A stretch of DNA of 50,097 nt from a virus. The position numbers and the translations under genes were made by a program. Shown here one piece after another: positions 25,551 through 35,470 of the stretch (its first letter is position 1; every line of letters begins with the position of its first letter). The notes under the pieces are model-generated. The model was given only the letters and a program-made list of their open reading frames with translations, did no database searches and was not told the DNA's origin. The stretch lies in the IMG/VR virus record IMGVR_UViG_3300021448_000209; one strand, written 5' to 3'.

Positions 25551-27547
25551 TGCTTGAGCCGACAGAGAAATCTCACATAGAGACGCTGATCCGTAAGTAC
25601 GTCCGACGCCATGCGCCTAAGTTGGCCGAAGTAACCAACACGTATCCGCACTCGAAAGCGGACGATGCGTCGAACTACGAGGTCGACGTCGACATTATAG
25701 GGACCGTCCAAAGCGCCGATCCGAGGGAAGAGGCCCGATCGGACGAAAACGATGGGACCGATTCAGAAGGCGACAGTGACGATACAAGCGGTTCCGAGGA
25801 CGGAGAGGGGGAAAGCTCCGACCAACCGGCCGGGCCGTCTGTATCGGCCGGTCAGGCCCGACAGCGCCACACTCGGGTCCCGGTCATGGTCGACGACCTC
25901 GGTGCGTCGAACGGGATTCAAACGGGGACGCTCGTTCTTGTCGAGTACCTAAATGGCAATGCCGAGAACCCGGTCGTCGTCTCGGTCGGCTACACGAATA
26001 CCGAACGAGCGCCGATCACCGAGCCTGGCGACTGGCGAGTCCGTAAGGAGGGTCGCGACAACGCGACCATAGAGGTCATACAAGACGACTCGGGTAACAA
26101 CCGGGTCAACGTCGGCCGGACACCGGAAGACCACTCAGACCCCGACATGGGGCTCTCGCTCGATCTCTCGGCGGGGTCGCTCGAACTACGCGACGGTGAG
26201 GGAACAGGGTGGTGCTCGAACGGCGCGGGAGAGTGGTATCTTAACGCGCCGACGGTCGCGATACCGGGCCTCATAAGCGCGGGTGGTCGAGCCGGCGGTC
26301 CCACAGCCGGGGCCGGTCGATCAACCGGTGCAACGAGGCCCAACTGGCAAAGCGGGACGCCCTATGCCGATCTCTCGCGACCGGATACCCGGGTCGTCGA
26401 TCTCACCGATCAGCTCTCGCCGGGCGACGACATTACACAGCAGCTACAGCAGAATTGGAAGGCCGGGAACACGGTCATTCTACCGGCCGGCGAGTTCGCG
26501 GTCTCTTCGATGGACGCGCTTAGCTTTAGCGGCAAGAACGCCGAACTCTTGGGTGGGGGTGGCCCGCCGGAAACAACGACAAGCGACGAGGACTCGACCG
26601 GGGTCAACGAGGCTTCGGATACGTCCGGGTCGCTCTCGTCGTACGATGGCTACTCCGACGCCGACGCTCAGGCGCTCGGGATCGAACCCGAAAGTGCCAC
26701 GGTCGGTACTCAGGCCCAGGTCGCCGATCAACAGACGGTGATCAACATCCCACCCGCGGCGGACGAGGATGCGAAGTTCGTTTGTACCGGCGGCGGGACG
26801 GGCTCGGTCCATATCAAAAACATCACCCTACAAGGCCAATTCGGCAAGGGCGGTCTGAAACCGGGGGTCGTCGACAGACAGTCGGAAATGATCCTCGAAC
26901 ACGTCCACCTGCCGGACGGTAACGACGCTTCGCTCGGGTGGGACTGTTCGCCGGGGATGTTTACCGGGACCGACCATAGCGGGACGCTATACATCCGTAA
27001 TTGCCAGATAGAGCGGTTCAATAACAACGGCATTTACGCGAGCGCTACGGGCCTTCCCATGCGTGGCGGCCAACTCGGTCGGATTCTCGTCGAAGGTGGG
27101 CTATATCGGAATAACAACATTGCGAACGTGCGGATCGGCGGGATCGGCTCGGCGATCCGGCGGGTCGTCTCGATCACCGACAGTAACCTTGCCTCGGGAG
27201 GTGGGATTCCAGATGCTGGCCGGGCGTTCTGGGTGAAAGACATCGTTGAAGCCGAACTCGTCGACAATGACGTCGTACTGAGCGGCCCCGGACACTCCGG
27301 TATCATACTCGGTGGATCGGCAGAGGACATCCCACAGACAAAACAGTCGTTCGTATTAAACAATAATCGGGTCGAGAACAACTCCGATGCGGCCCCGGTG
27401 ATCACCGTGGATCAGGGGACACCGACCGGCTCGGGGAACCACATTAGCGGCGGCGGCGATCTCAGTATCTCCGGTCGGAGCGAACTGAGCGGGACGGTCA
27501 AACCGCCGGATGCGGATTCGCCGAACACGTCGCCGCGAGAGGTCTAA
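25550..27547 (+). CDS. Central spike (gpV / Mu gp45-like OB fold) fused to a C-terminal beta-helix domain
   Basis: 665 aa. VPVMVDDLGASNGIQTGTLVLVEYLNGNAENPVVVSVGY matches the baseplate-V pattern. The C-terminal half has beta-helix rungs (IKNITLQG, YIRNCQIERFNNNGIYA, YRNNNIANVRIGG). Confidence 0.65.
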   Translation: MLEPTEKSHIETLIRKYVRRHAPKLAEVTNTYPHSKADDASNYEVDVDIIGTVQSADPREEARSDENDGTDSEGDSDDTSGSEDGEGESSDQPAGPSVSAGQARQRHTRVPVMVDDLGASNGIQTGTLVLVEYLNGNAENPVVVSVGYTNTERAPITEPGDWRVRKEGRDNATIEVIQDDSGNNRVNVGRTPEDHSDPDMGLSLDLSAGSLELRDGEGTGWCSNGAGEWYLNAPTVAIPGLISAGGRAGGPTAGAGRSTGATRPNWQSGTPYADLSRPDTRVVDLTDQLSPGDDITQQLQQNWKAGNTVILPAGEFAVSSMDALSFSGKNAELLGGGGPPETTTSDEDSTGVNEASDTSGSLSSYDGYSDADAQALGIEPESATVGTQAQVADQQTVINIPPAADEDAKFVCTGGGTGSVHIKNITLQGQFGKGGLKPGVVDRQSEMILEHVHLPDGNDASLGWDCSPGMFTGTDHSGTLYIRNCQIERFNNNGIYASATGLPMRGGQLGRILVEGGLYRNNNIANVRIGGIGSAIRRVVSITDSNLASGGGIPDAGRAFWVKDIVEAELVDNDVVLSGPGHSGIILGGSAEDIPQTKQSFVLNNNRVENNSDAAPVITVDQGTPTGSGNHISGGGDLSISGRSELSGTVKPPDADSPNTSPREV

Positions 27548-27560
27548 GTCAACTACTACC

Positions 27561-28808
27561 ATGCCAATTAGTTGCGAGATCCCTGAATCAGCGTACGCTC
27601 CGTCCCCGGTCGGCTACAACGGCGGCGGTCGTGGCGTCCCGAGCGGGACCGGCGACATCGGCGGCGGCGAAGGATACAGCGGTATCGTCTCCGAGTCCGA
27701 AGCCGATACGGTCGTTTCGTCGGGTGATAGCTCACAGGCGAAACAAGCGATCGACAACGCCAGTCCGGGCGAGACGATCTTTCTGAGCGGCGGTACCTAT
27801 GTGATCGACGACGCGACGGTAACCAGCGACGGGGTTACGATCGCCGGGAACCGTGGCGCGGTCACCGACGGATCGGTGTTAGCAACGGGCGACGGTGAGA
27901 GCGGCGGTGCTGACGGTGCGATAGTCAAAGCCGCCGGCCCGGAAGGCGAACCGATCACGATCGCCGCGAACAAATGCCGGGTCACCGGCTTACGGGTCGA
28001 GGGACCCAAGCCCAACTGGGAGGGCGAGGCCGGATCTAACGACCACTACCCCAAGGGTATCACCTTCAAAGAAGGGTATAACGACTGCGAGGTCGACAAC
28101 TGCGAAGGCTACGCTTGGGAGCAAATTTTCTTCGACGCGAACGGAGAAAACGGCCATCTACACCACTGCTATATCCATGATAACCCCGGGGCATCTGGCG
28201 GATACGGGGTCCAGAGTGGTCCACAAGAGACGCTTACGCTGATCGAGTACAACTACTTCAACAGGAACCGCCACTCTATCGCCGCCGACCCGGATAATTA
28301 CGGGTACGAAGCCAGATACAACATCTTCGGTCCCGAGCAATACAGCACCTCGGTCGATCAGCACGGCCCGGACCCGGCCGGGAACACGTCGTTCGTCCAT
28401 CACAACACGTTCGAGGAGACGAGGGCAAGCGCCGAGAGCGTGTTGGACGGAGAGATCGGTAGCATCGGCGTCAGAGGCAAGCCGAGCAACATCTACGAGG
28501 TGTATAAAAACTGGTTCTATCTCGCGGAAAAATCACGGACCATTCATCAGCGTGGCGAGCCGAAGGTGGACGAGTCGGACAAGTACGACGGCCGGCCCGG
28601 TGAGGGCGGCTTCGTGAACATGGTCGTGCGAGACAACAGCTACGGCCAAAGCGACCCGCCGCCTGATGTCGGCGCTCGTTCCGGTCTCGACGAACAGTCA
28701 ACGGGCGGCGACGGCAGCGGCGGCGGGAGCGGCGAGAGCGGCGGGGGATCGACAGACGGCGACTCGACCAACAGCAGCCCGGTGCAAGGGGACGCCTTCG
28801 CTTCATAA
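27561..28808 (+). CDS. Beta-helix protein (putative glycanase tailspike)
   Basis: The ATG at 27561 gives MPISCEI; the track start at 27510 overlaps the upstream gene. Pectate-lyase-like N-cap SQAKQAIDNASPGETIFLSGGTYVI. Motifs NRHSIAADPD and VDQHGPDP are present. Confidence 0.65.
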   Translation: MPISCEIPESAYAPSPVGYNGGGRGVPSGTGDIGGGEGYSGIVSESEADTVVSSGDSSQAKQAIDNASPGETIFLSGGTYVIDDATVTSDGVTIAGNRGAVTDGSVLATGDGESGGADGAIVKAAGPEGEPITIAANKCRVTGLRVEGPKPNWEGEAGSNDHYPKGITFKEGYNDCEVDNCEGYAWEQIFFDANGENGHLHHCYIHDNPGASGGYGVQSGPQETLTLIEYNYFNRNRHSIAADPDNYGYEARYNIFGPEQYSTSVDQHGPDPAGNTSFVHHNTFEETRASAESVLDGEIGSIGVRGKPSNIYEVYKNWFYLAEKSRTIHQRGEPKVDESDKYDGRPGEGGFVNMVVRDNSYGQSDPPPDVGARSGLDEQSTGGDGSGGGSGESGGGSTDGDSTNSSPVQGDAFAS

Positions 28809-30091
28809 TGGTAACAACCCACCTCGTTAATGACCTCGACGCTGATCCGACCGGTGATGAGCCAATAGACTACGCTTTCGAGGCGATCAAAGGAACTACC
28901 AACAGCCCACAACGGCTCGTGGTCCCGGCGGGTACCTACCGTATCGAGAACGAGCACCGGTTCGGAAATAGAAAGGATAACCCGGATCTATCGATCGTCT
29001 CGGAGCGCTCGATCGATTCCGAACCGGAACCGGCGGCCCGGTTCGGCGAGCAGGGCCGAAGCCGGAAACCGGTATTTCAGGTCCGAGAGGGGTTCGTCGG
29101 TGCTCTGTTCGACTTTCGGACGGATATATACCTTAACGACATCGACATCAGACGACCGACGACCGAATCACACGCACGTATCGAGGTTCGCCCCGATCGC
29201 AAGGCGCTCATTAGCAATGTCGACATCCTCGGTGAAACCGTCGTCGAGGACGTGATGGCAAACAAGGACGGCCAAATCGGGCCGGTGTTTGCCGTCGACT
29301 GTGGTTTTGCCGATGGAACGGTCACGTTCCACAACATCGACGTTCCGGCCACAACGACGTGGGACGGATCGCTACCACACGACGTCCTCCACGGCGCTGT
29401 CTACGGGATGCCCGGAAACCGTGCGACGGTATGGGTCGAGGACAGCACGGTCACCGAGCACCCCGGCCCGGCGATCGATATGGCTCATTCCCACGGGGCA
29501 ATGAAGGTCGTTAGTGGTCGGTTCGAGAATTGCAACGGCCCACAGATACGAGGCTGTTCGGGCGAGGACTCGATCGAGGACATCACGGCGATCGTCGACC
29601 CCGACGAATCCGGTGCAGCAGTGACGGCCGATTATGAGCCACTGAGCGGCATTGCCGTCTCCCAGGACGTGGGAGCCGGGGATGTTCACGGAGGGCCTGA
29701 TATCGACAATGCGCTCGTTAGAATCCACTCTGGCTCGACCGGAACGGTCCAGGCCGGGATATGGGGGGATGGGTCGGCGGGCGATACAATGATCGGCGGG
29801 TCGGACGTTACGGTCGACGTCGACGACGTACCGGCGCTCAAGTTTACCGACCCGAGGTACCCCTCCGACGTCGACTATGACCGGCCCGACCTAACACTCC
29901 GAAACATCATCTTGGACGGGGGAGCGTACTCGGGTCCTGCGATCGACGTCTCGGGGTGGGATACGGTCATTGACACCTGCTGTATCGAACAGCCATACGC
30001 ACGGATACCGTGGCTCATCGAACCCCGACCGGCGATCGATACCGCCCAAACAGACGCGGCGTGTAGCGGATTCCGCGGCTCGCATCAGTAA
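28808..30091 (+). CDS. Beta-helix-like protein
   Basis: 427 aa with a TAATG overlap. N-cap-like PQRLVVPAGTYRIENE and rung-like segments (VWVEDSTVTEH, VVSGRFENCNG, LRNIILDGG). Confidence 0.5.
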   Translation: MVTTHLVNDLDADPTGDEPIDYAFEAIKGTTNSPQRLVVPAGTYRIENEHRFGNRKDNPDLSIVSERSIDSEPEPAARFGEQGRSRKPVFQVREGFVGALFDFRTDIYLNDIDIRRPTTESHARIEVRPDRKALISNVDILGETVVEDVMANKDGQIGPVFAVDCGFADGTVTFHNIDVPATTTWDGSLPHDVLHGAVYGMPGNRATVWVEDSTVTEHPGPAIDMAHSHGAMKVVSGRFENCNGPQIRGCSGEDSIEDITAIVDPDESGAAVTADYEPLSGIAVSQDVGAGDVHGGPDIDNALVRIHSGSTGTVQAGIWGDGSAGDTMIGGSDVTVDVDDVPALKFTDPRYPSDVDYDRPDLTLRNIILDGGAYSGPAIDVSGWDTVIDTCCIEQPYARIPWLIEPRPAIDTAQTDAACSGFRGSHQ

Positions 30092-30129
30092 CGACCGACG
30101 ACCGGAGACGAGGAGAGACGATCACACTC

Positions 30130-30297
30130 ATGTCCAGCTATCAACTCCATTGCCCCCGATCAGACTGTCCGACCGACGCCATGTTTGAGACGATCGAGGC
30201 AGCGCGACAAGCCCGACAAGAGCATATCGAGGAGACGGGCCATTGGAACATCACGATAACCGTCTACAACCGAAACGAGACGGGGAGACTCGGATAG
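30130..30297 (+). CDS. Small hypothetical protein (55 aa)
   Basis: Too short for the ORF track. ATG 30130 to TAG 30295..30297 gives MSSYQLHCPRSDCPTDAMFETIEAARQARQEHIEETGHWNITITVYNRNETGRLG. It fills the gap before the 30301 ORF. Confidence 0.35.
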   Translation: MSSYQLHCPRSDCPTDAMFETIEAARQARQEHIEETGHWNITITVYNRNETGRLG

Positions 30298-30300
30298 CCA

Positions 30301-30771
30301 ATGTTAGGCACTGACGTATGGGGCGGATTCACGTACGGCGGAAGCGGAACTGACGTCCCCGATCGGGTCTCCCCGAACGACGAGGCCGATTTTGGCGAGA
30401 TAACGCCTGTAGAAGCGTTCGGATCGGGAATCGCACTAAACCCGTCGAACGCCGAAGGCTACAACTGGGATTTCAGAGTCGACCCGACCGGCGACCTCAT
30501 GGCAACCCGTGGGTGGGATGAACTTTACAAGGACATTGCGTTCTACACCGCTCGGGAACTCAAAGCCATCGAGGACAGGCCGATTACCGCGAACCGGTTA
30601 GAGGCGGCCAAAATAGCTGTCGAAGCCGCCTGTGATGCGGACCCGCGCTTGGAAACAGTCGAGCGGGTCGTCGCCGAACGGGGGCCAGAAGAGGATACGA
30701 TCGACATCTCGATCTCAGTGATCGGGAACGACGGGAAGCGCTACGAACACGTATTCCCGGTCAGTCGGTAG
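30301..30771 (+). CDS. Baseplate wedge protein (gpW / gp25 / XkdS-like)
   Basis: 156 aa, directly upstream of the baseplate J-like gene. Confidence 0.55.
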   Translation: MLGTDVWGGFTYGGSGTDVPDRVSPNDEADFGEITPVEAFGSGIALNPSNAEGYNWDFRVDPTGDLMATRGWDELYKDIAFYTARELKAIEDRPITANRLEAAKIAVEAACDADPRLETVERVVAERGPEEDTIDISISVIGNDGKRYEHVFPVSR

Positions 30772-30853
30772 CACAGCGCTACAGACGACCATGCTCAGGG
30801 TCATATCATGATTCACAGACAGATCAGCAGCGGCTACAGAACGGTGGTATAAA

Positions 30854-32053
30854 ATGGTCTATCAACCAAGCACACAAGACGAACTCGCCGACGCGGCGGT
30901 CGATCGGGCGAAAGACAAGTCCGAAAAGCTCACCAACTTTATCGAGCGAACGGTCAACGGCGTCCTGATCCGCGAGGTCTACGCCGGGTATCAGCAACTA
31001 TTTGAAAACGCGCTCCTCGCGGTGCAACTAAGCGGGTGGGTCCGATATGCAGGTGGGCCAATTACGGAGCAGGACCTGATCGAACTCGACATCCCGAACC
31101 CCGAGTCGGTCGATCTCGAACTCGTAAACTACTACACCAACGACTCTGACCTTGAGGAACTGGCGGCGCTAAACGGTATTCAACGCGACCCCGGGGCGTA
31201 CTCGACCGGTGAGGTCCTGTTCTATGTCTCCGACGACTCGATCGTGATCAACTCGGGTACACAGGTCACGACCGGCCGGGACGAACAGGGCAACGTCCTC
31301 TCGTACCGGACCACAGAACAGGTCACGCCGGAAGAGGACGGAACGACAGTTACCGCGCGGATCAGGGCCGAACAGCGGGGAAAAGAACACAACGTCCCGA
31401 GCGGGACGATCAACACGCTCCCGACAGTCCCGGGCGGGGTCGACGAGGTAATTAACCCCAAACCGACAAGCGGTGGCGAGCCCCCCGAGACGAACGAGGA
31501 GCTTCGGAACCGGACGATAGGGTCAGTATTCCTCATGAGCGGCGGGGGAACGCGACGCGGCGTGATCGGATCGGTCGTAAGTGCGTTCGACGGGGTAGAC
31601 CGTGATAATGTCTCACTGATCGAGCGATTCGACCCCGATCCCGAGCAAGACGAGTACGGGTACGATGATCCGTACTTTAAGTTCATCGTTGACGGGGCCG
31701 AAACGGACGAGGTAACCGACGTGATCGACGATGCCCGGCCGGTCGGAATGTGGCGCGAGGTCGAACCGCCGACGTACCACACGATAGACATCGACCTCGA
31801 AGTTACTGGCTCCGGTATCAACGTCGGCAACGTACGAGAACAGATCGCCGGTCACCTTGCCGAACTCGGTTTAGGCGAGGACGTGATCCGCTACCAGATA
31901 TACGATGCTATCTCTGACGTCGACGACAACGTGGAAAACGTCCCCTCGCTCACGATCGAGTCCTCGATCGACGGCGTAGTCGGCGGCGATCTTCAACTGT
32001 CGCCGGATGAGGTCGCCAGGGCCGGGACAATAACCGTCACGGTGGGGTTCTGA
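30854..32053 (+). CDS. Baseplate J-like protein
   Basis: 399 aa. RAEQRGKEHNVPSGTINTLPTVPGGVDEVINPKPTSGGEPPETNEELRNR matches the baseplate-J family signature. Confidence 0.75.
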   Translation: MVYQPSTQDELADAAVDRAKDKSEKLTNFIERTVNGVLIREVYAGYQQLFENALLAVQLSGWVRYAGGPITEQDLIELDIPNPESVDLELVNYYTNDSDLEELAALNGIQRDPGAYSTGEVLFYVSDDSIVINSGTQVTTGRDEQGNVLSYRTTEQVTPEEDGTTVTARIRAEQRGKEHNVPSGTINTLPTVPGGVDEVINPKPTSGGEPPETNEELRNRTIGSVFLMSGGGTRRGVIGSVVSAFDGVDRDNVSLIERFDPDPEQDEYGYDDPYFKFIVDGAETDEVTDVIDDARPVGMWREVEPPTYHTIDIDLEVTGSGINVGNVREQIAGHLAELGLGEDVIRYQIYDAISDVDDNVENVPSLTIESSIDGVVGGDLQLSPDEVARAGTITVTVGF

Positions 32054-32054
32054 C

Positions 32055-32735
32055 GTGATCCACCGATCATTCGCGAGCTACTTTCCCCCGCCGCTCCCGA
32101 CCCAGTACGAGGACTCTATTGTCCGCCAGTTTGCGGACATACATCAACAGCAGTACAACCAGTCTGATGTCGCCTTAGAGGCCGTTCGAGAGAGCCGGCA
32201 GGTGAGGAACGCGCGGGGTAAGGACCTCAATAACACCGCGGATGTCCACGGAAAGATCGCCAGGCGCGGGACCCGCGGTGATGAGGAGTACCAACGATTC
32301 ATTCAGTCGATCGTCCCGACGCTACAGGGACGCGGGTCGGTCTCTGACGTCAACTTTGCCATCAGGACGGTCGTACTCGCACCCGATAAGGAGAGCATCG
32401 AGCTTACCGAGGACTTTAGCGAACAGGAATACTCGATCAGGATCTATGACTGGGCAAAGCACGATACAAGGACAGTCCACGAGATAGCCGACCTTGCCGA
32501 TCCGGTCGGCGTCGACCGAACCGGCCCGATCGAGTATCAAACTGAGGACGAGACGACACTGGCGAACGACGACGTGATCGGGATCGGGTCGGTCGTCGAG
32601 TTGCCATCCGAGACAACGTACGCTCAGGACGATCCGGTAAAGAGCGAGACGACCGGCTACGGCTTTGGTTCGAGCGAGTTCGGCAACGACGAGTTCGGCC
32701 CCGGAACACCAACAGGATACGGTAACAACGGATGA
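32055..32735 (+). CDS. Baseplate protein (P2 gpI / XkdU-like)
   Basis: 226 aa with a GTG start 2 nt after the J stop. Canonical position after J. Confidence 0.55.
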   Translation: MIHRSFASYFPPPLPTQYEDSIVRQFADIHQQQYNQSDVALEAVRESRQVRNARGKDLNNTADVHGKIARRGTRGDEEYQRFIQSIVPTLQGRGSVSDVNFAIRTVVLAPDKESIELTEDFSEQEYSIRIYDWAKHDTRTVHEIADLADPVGVDRTGPIEYQTEDETTLANDDVIGIGSVVELPSETTYAQDDPVKSETTGYGFGSSEFGNDEFGPGTPTGYGNNG

Positions 32736-33148
32736 GCACTCGGGAAACCAACCGGTGGTACATCCTTCCACCGGCAGAGACGACCCAACGATCGGACGGC
32801 GAACAGGCAACGATACGAACACCCAAATACACCGATCAGGACGGTATCCTGGGCTTTTCCGGTACGCTTGTCACCAAATCGGAGGTCAGTGACTCGTACG
32901 CGGGTCTGACGCGACAGTACCCGGACGTCGACGAATGGTACCTTGCCCGGGTCTACGGCAGGCGATCGGCGCTCGATAGTATCTCGATAAAGTCCGATAC
33001 CCGAAACCTCGCCACAAACATGGGTGATGTCGGGCCGGTACTCGATCAGCGCTTCCCGGGCATCGACCGGAGTGGCGACGAGTGGAACAATGGTTTCAGG
33101 ATCGGCAGGCAGGAATCGGGCGATTTGATCGGGGCGAGCGAACAGTAA
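32732..33148 (+). CDS. Hypothetical tail protein
   Basis: 138 aa with an ATGA overlap with the upstream gene. Confidence 0.5.
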   Translation: MSTRETNRWYILPPAETTQRSDGEQATIRTPKYTDQDGILGFSGTLVTKSEVSDSYAGLTRQYPDVDEWYLARVYGRRSALDSISIKSDTRNLATNMGDVGPVLDQRFPGIDRSGDEWNNGFRIGRQESGDLIGASEQ

Positions 33149-33166
33149 CCCAACACACTACACACA

Positions 33167-33574
33167 ATGCTAACTTACGACGGCGAGGATTATTGGAGAG
33201 ATCGGGCACTCGGAGCAGAGAACAACATCATAAACACGGTCGCGGTAGGGCGTGGAACGGCGGCCGAAAGCAAAACCGACACCGGGCTCGTGAACGAGGT
33301 GTTTCGAGCGACAGTCCCCGACGATGATAATCTCCTCACGTTCGCGCCGCGGACTATCCCCGATGAGCAGATACACGGTCGCTGTATCGCAGAACTAAGC
33401 ATCAGTGGCGGTATGGAGGTCGCCTCGGGGACCGGGATCACGGAGAGCGCGATTATAGCCGGCGGTGGGGGCGGACAAGGGTCGGGACGATGCATCTATC
33501 GGCGCACGTTCGCATCGATCGGCGTGAGCGAAGGCCTCGAAACGACGATCAGACACCCCTTTGACATCGAATAA
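33167..33574 (+). CDS. Fibre-base/collar-like protein (paralogue of 2134..2622)
   Basis: 135 aa. Its pattern resembles the N-terminal tail-collar fibre domain (NTVAVGRGTAAESKTDTGLVNEVFRATV ... ITESAII). It sits directly upstream of a fibre gene. Confidence 0.5.
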   Translation: MLTYDGEDYWRDRALGAENNIINTVAVGRGTAAESKTDTGLVNEVFRATVPDDDNLLTFAPRTIPDEQIHGRCIAELSISGGMEVASGTGITESAIIAGGGGGQGSGRCIYRRTFASIGVSEGLETTIRHPFDIE

Positions 33575-34731
33575 TGCCGGACAAGCTACCAACACAGCAG
33601 GGCGACGTCAACCACGGGCCGGCGATCGGAGCGGTCGCCGGGCATCACAATCTCCGTGACTATGTGGTTGACCCGGACGAGACTCGTCTCAGGGTAACAA
33701 ACGTTAACACGTCTATCAACCAATTCGACGTTACCCCCGGCGAGGCGTTCGTGTTCGTCGATCAGATCGAGGCCGGATCGAGCGGGGAGATCATCCAAAA
33801 CGTACTGATCCCGGTCGAGGTGTCCGGTCGCTCGGGTGTTAATTTCGCCACGAGCGGAACGAATTACGTCCACCTGCTCACGAACTACGCGAGCCAGAAC
33901 GACGACCCGGAGATCGATGTCACCGGTTCGGAGACCCACACACGGGAGGACTCGCTCCTTATCGCCACAGCAAACAGCGATACCGGGGAGACCGATCACC
34001 TTAACCGTGATCCTACGGGCCGATACGCCGCTCTCAGCGTTCTCGATCGTCTCATCCTCTTGGGGGAGGTCGAATGGCCGGATGGGACTGTAACGAGCGG
34101 TGCGCCGCTCACAACGGATTCGGAGCTAAACAAGAAAAACGAGCGCTACGACGCGGACCCGTCGACCGGCTACCAGGACCCCCCGCCCGGAGTCGTCTAT
34201 CGAGCGAAAAACGCCTCGACAGCGGACGAGGTGGCCGACGGGGGATCAACGCCTGGGTCGACGATCGACGGCCCCATTAACCTGATCAACACCCAGTATG
34301 ATACAGACGGCGACGGCGTGGTCGATCAGGCGGAAACGGCCGAAAACGCCCAGAACATCAACGACCGGGACCTAAACCAGATCCGATACGAGACGGCCGC
34401 AAAATCGCCGGATACCGTCCTCCCTCGGACAGAGGTCAGAGACGGCGTTCCGTCGGGGACGGTCGTTCCTGTCGGCGGGGAGACGTTCAAGCTGTGGTGT
34501 ATTGGCGTGTGTGATGCGAACGGGAACTCGTTACCGAGCCTCGTTGCACGAGTTATCGCCGAGGACGGCGCGACGCTTTACGAGAACGACTACAAGAATC
34601 ACAAAGGGGACTACACCAACGCTAACCCGATCGGCTCGGCAAGCAACGTCGGTCACGTTACGATCGAAGCCCACCACTCGGAGGGCTCCCCAGTCGAAGT
34701 TAACGTCGTCGCCGGGTACACAATCGAGTGA
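33574..34731 (+). CDS. Tail fibre protein
   Basis: 385 aa with a TAATG overlap. Position distal to the baseplate genes. Confidence 0.55.
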   Translation: MPDKLPTQQGDVNHGPAIGAVAGHHNLRDYVVDPDETRLRVTNVNTSINQFDVTPGEAFVFVDQIEAGSSGEIIQNVLIPVEVSGRSGVNFATSGTNYVHLLTNYASQNDDPEIDVTGSETHTREDSLLIATANSDTGETDHLNRDPTGRYAALSVLDRLILLGEVEWPDGTVTSGAPLTTDSELNKKNERYDADPSTGYQDPPPGVVYRAKNASTADEVADGGSTPGSTIDGPINLINTQYDTDGDGVVDQAETAENAQNINDRDLNQIRYETAAKSPDTVLPRTEVRDGVPSGTVVPVGGETFKLWCIGVCDANGNSLPSLVARVIAEDGATLYENDYKNHKGDYTNANPIGSASNVGHVTIEAHHSEGSPVEVNVVAGYTIE

Positions 34732-34739
34732 ACCACACC

Positions 34740-35465
34740 ATGACTGACAAGAGCGGGGCGCTCCTCACCAACCAAGACGGAGCAGCGATCACAACGCCGA
34801 CCGGAGCGCTACAGCAAAGTTTCGGCAAGGAGATCGACTTTTTCGACGACCCTGATCGGGGTCGTCTCGCCTACGATGGGGACGATCGGGACATTTCCGA
34901 CCTATGGGTGACAGAAGCCCAACCGTTCGCCTCGACCGGGAATCGGGTGTGGCGCATGGAGGGGTACAACGTCGACGGGACCGCCGTTCCCCACTCGGCA
35001 GCGTCGCTTCCCCGAGACCAAGCGGACAGTCAGTACGCATACCTACCGTATTACCCCCGACGGGGTGACCGGATCGCATGGGACGCATGGTTCGACGAAC
35101 AGTCCAACCCCGACCGCATGAAGTGCCAATTTCACTTTGGCGTCGGGGGAGACGCGCCCGAATACGGCTCTCACAACCTCGTTGCCCTCGATAACAGCAG
35201 GGGAGGTGTCATTCTCGGCAGGGAGACTCAAGAACGAGGCGGGTACGTCACTTACGACACCATACCGTACGAGTTCGAGACGGGACAACGGTACACGATC
35301 GTCGTGTGGTGGCTCCCGAGCGGCCATTTCACCGTTTACTTCCGAAGCCAAAGCACGTCGACAAAAACCGGCGACGATGATCCACCCCCATACTACGGTC
35401 GAGGGATCGGTATGGAGGTCGACTCGACAACAGTCGCGTACATGGACTCGATCCAATTAGCCTGA
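34740..35465 (+). CDS. Jelly-roll (ConA/LamG-like) fibre-associated protein
   Basis: ATG at 34740; an alternative GTG at 34728 overlaps the upstream stop. Size and beta-rich pattern are similar to the 4721 and 37588 ORFs. Confidence 0.55.
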   Translation: MTDKSGALLTNQDGAAITTPTGALQQSFGKEIDFFDDPDRGRLAYDGDDRDISDLWVTEAQPFASTGNRVWRMEGYNVDGTAVPHSAASLPRDQADSQYAYLPYYPRRGDRIAWDAWFDEQSNPDRMKCQFHFGVGGDAPEYGSHNLVALDNSRGGVILGRETQERGGYVTYDTIPYEFETGQRYTIVVWWLPSGHFTVYFRSQSTSTKTGDDDPPPYYGRGIGMEVDSTTVAYMDSIQLA

Positions 35466-35470
35466 CCAGA

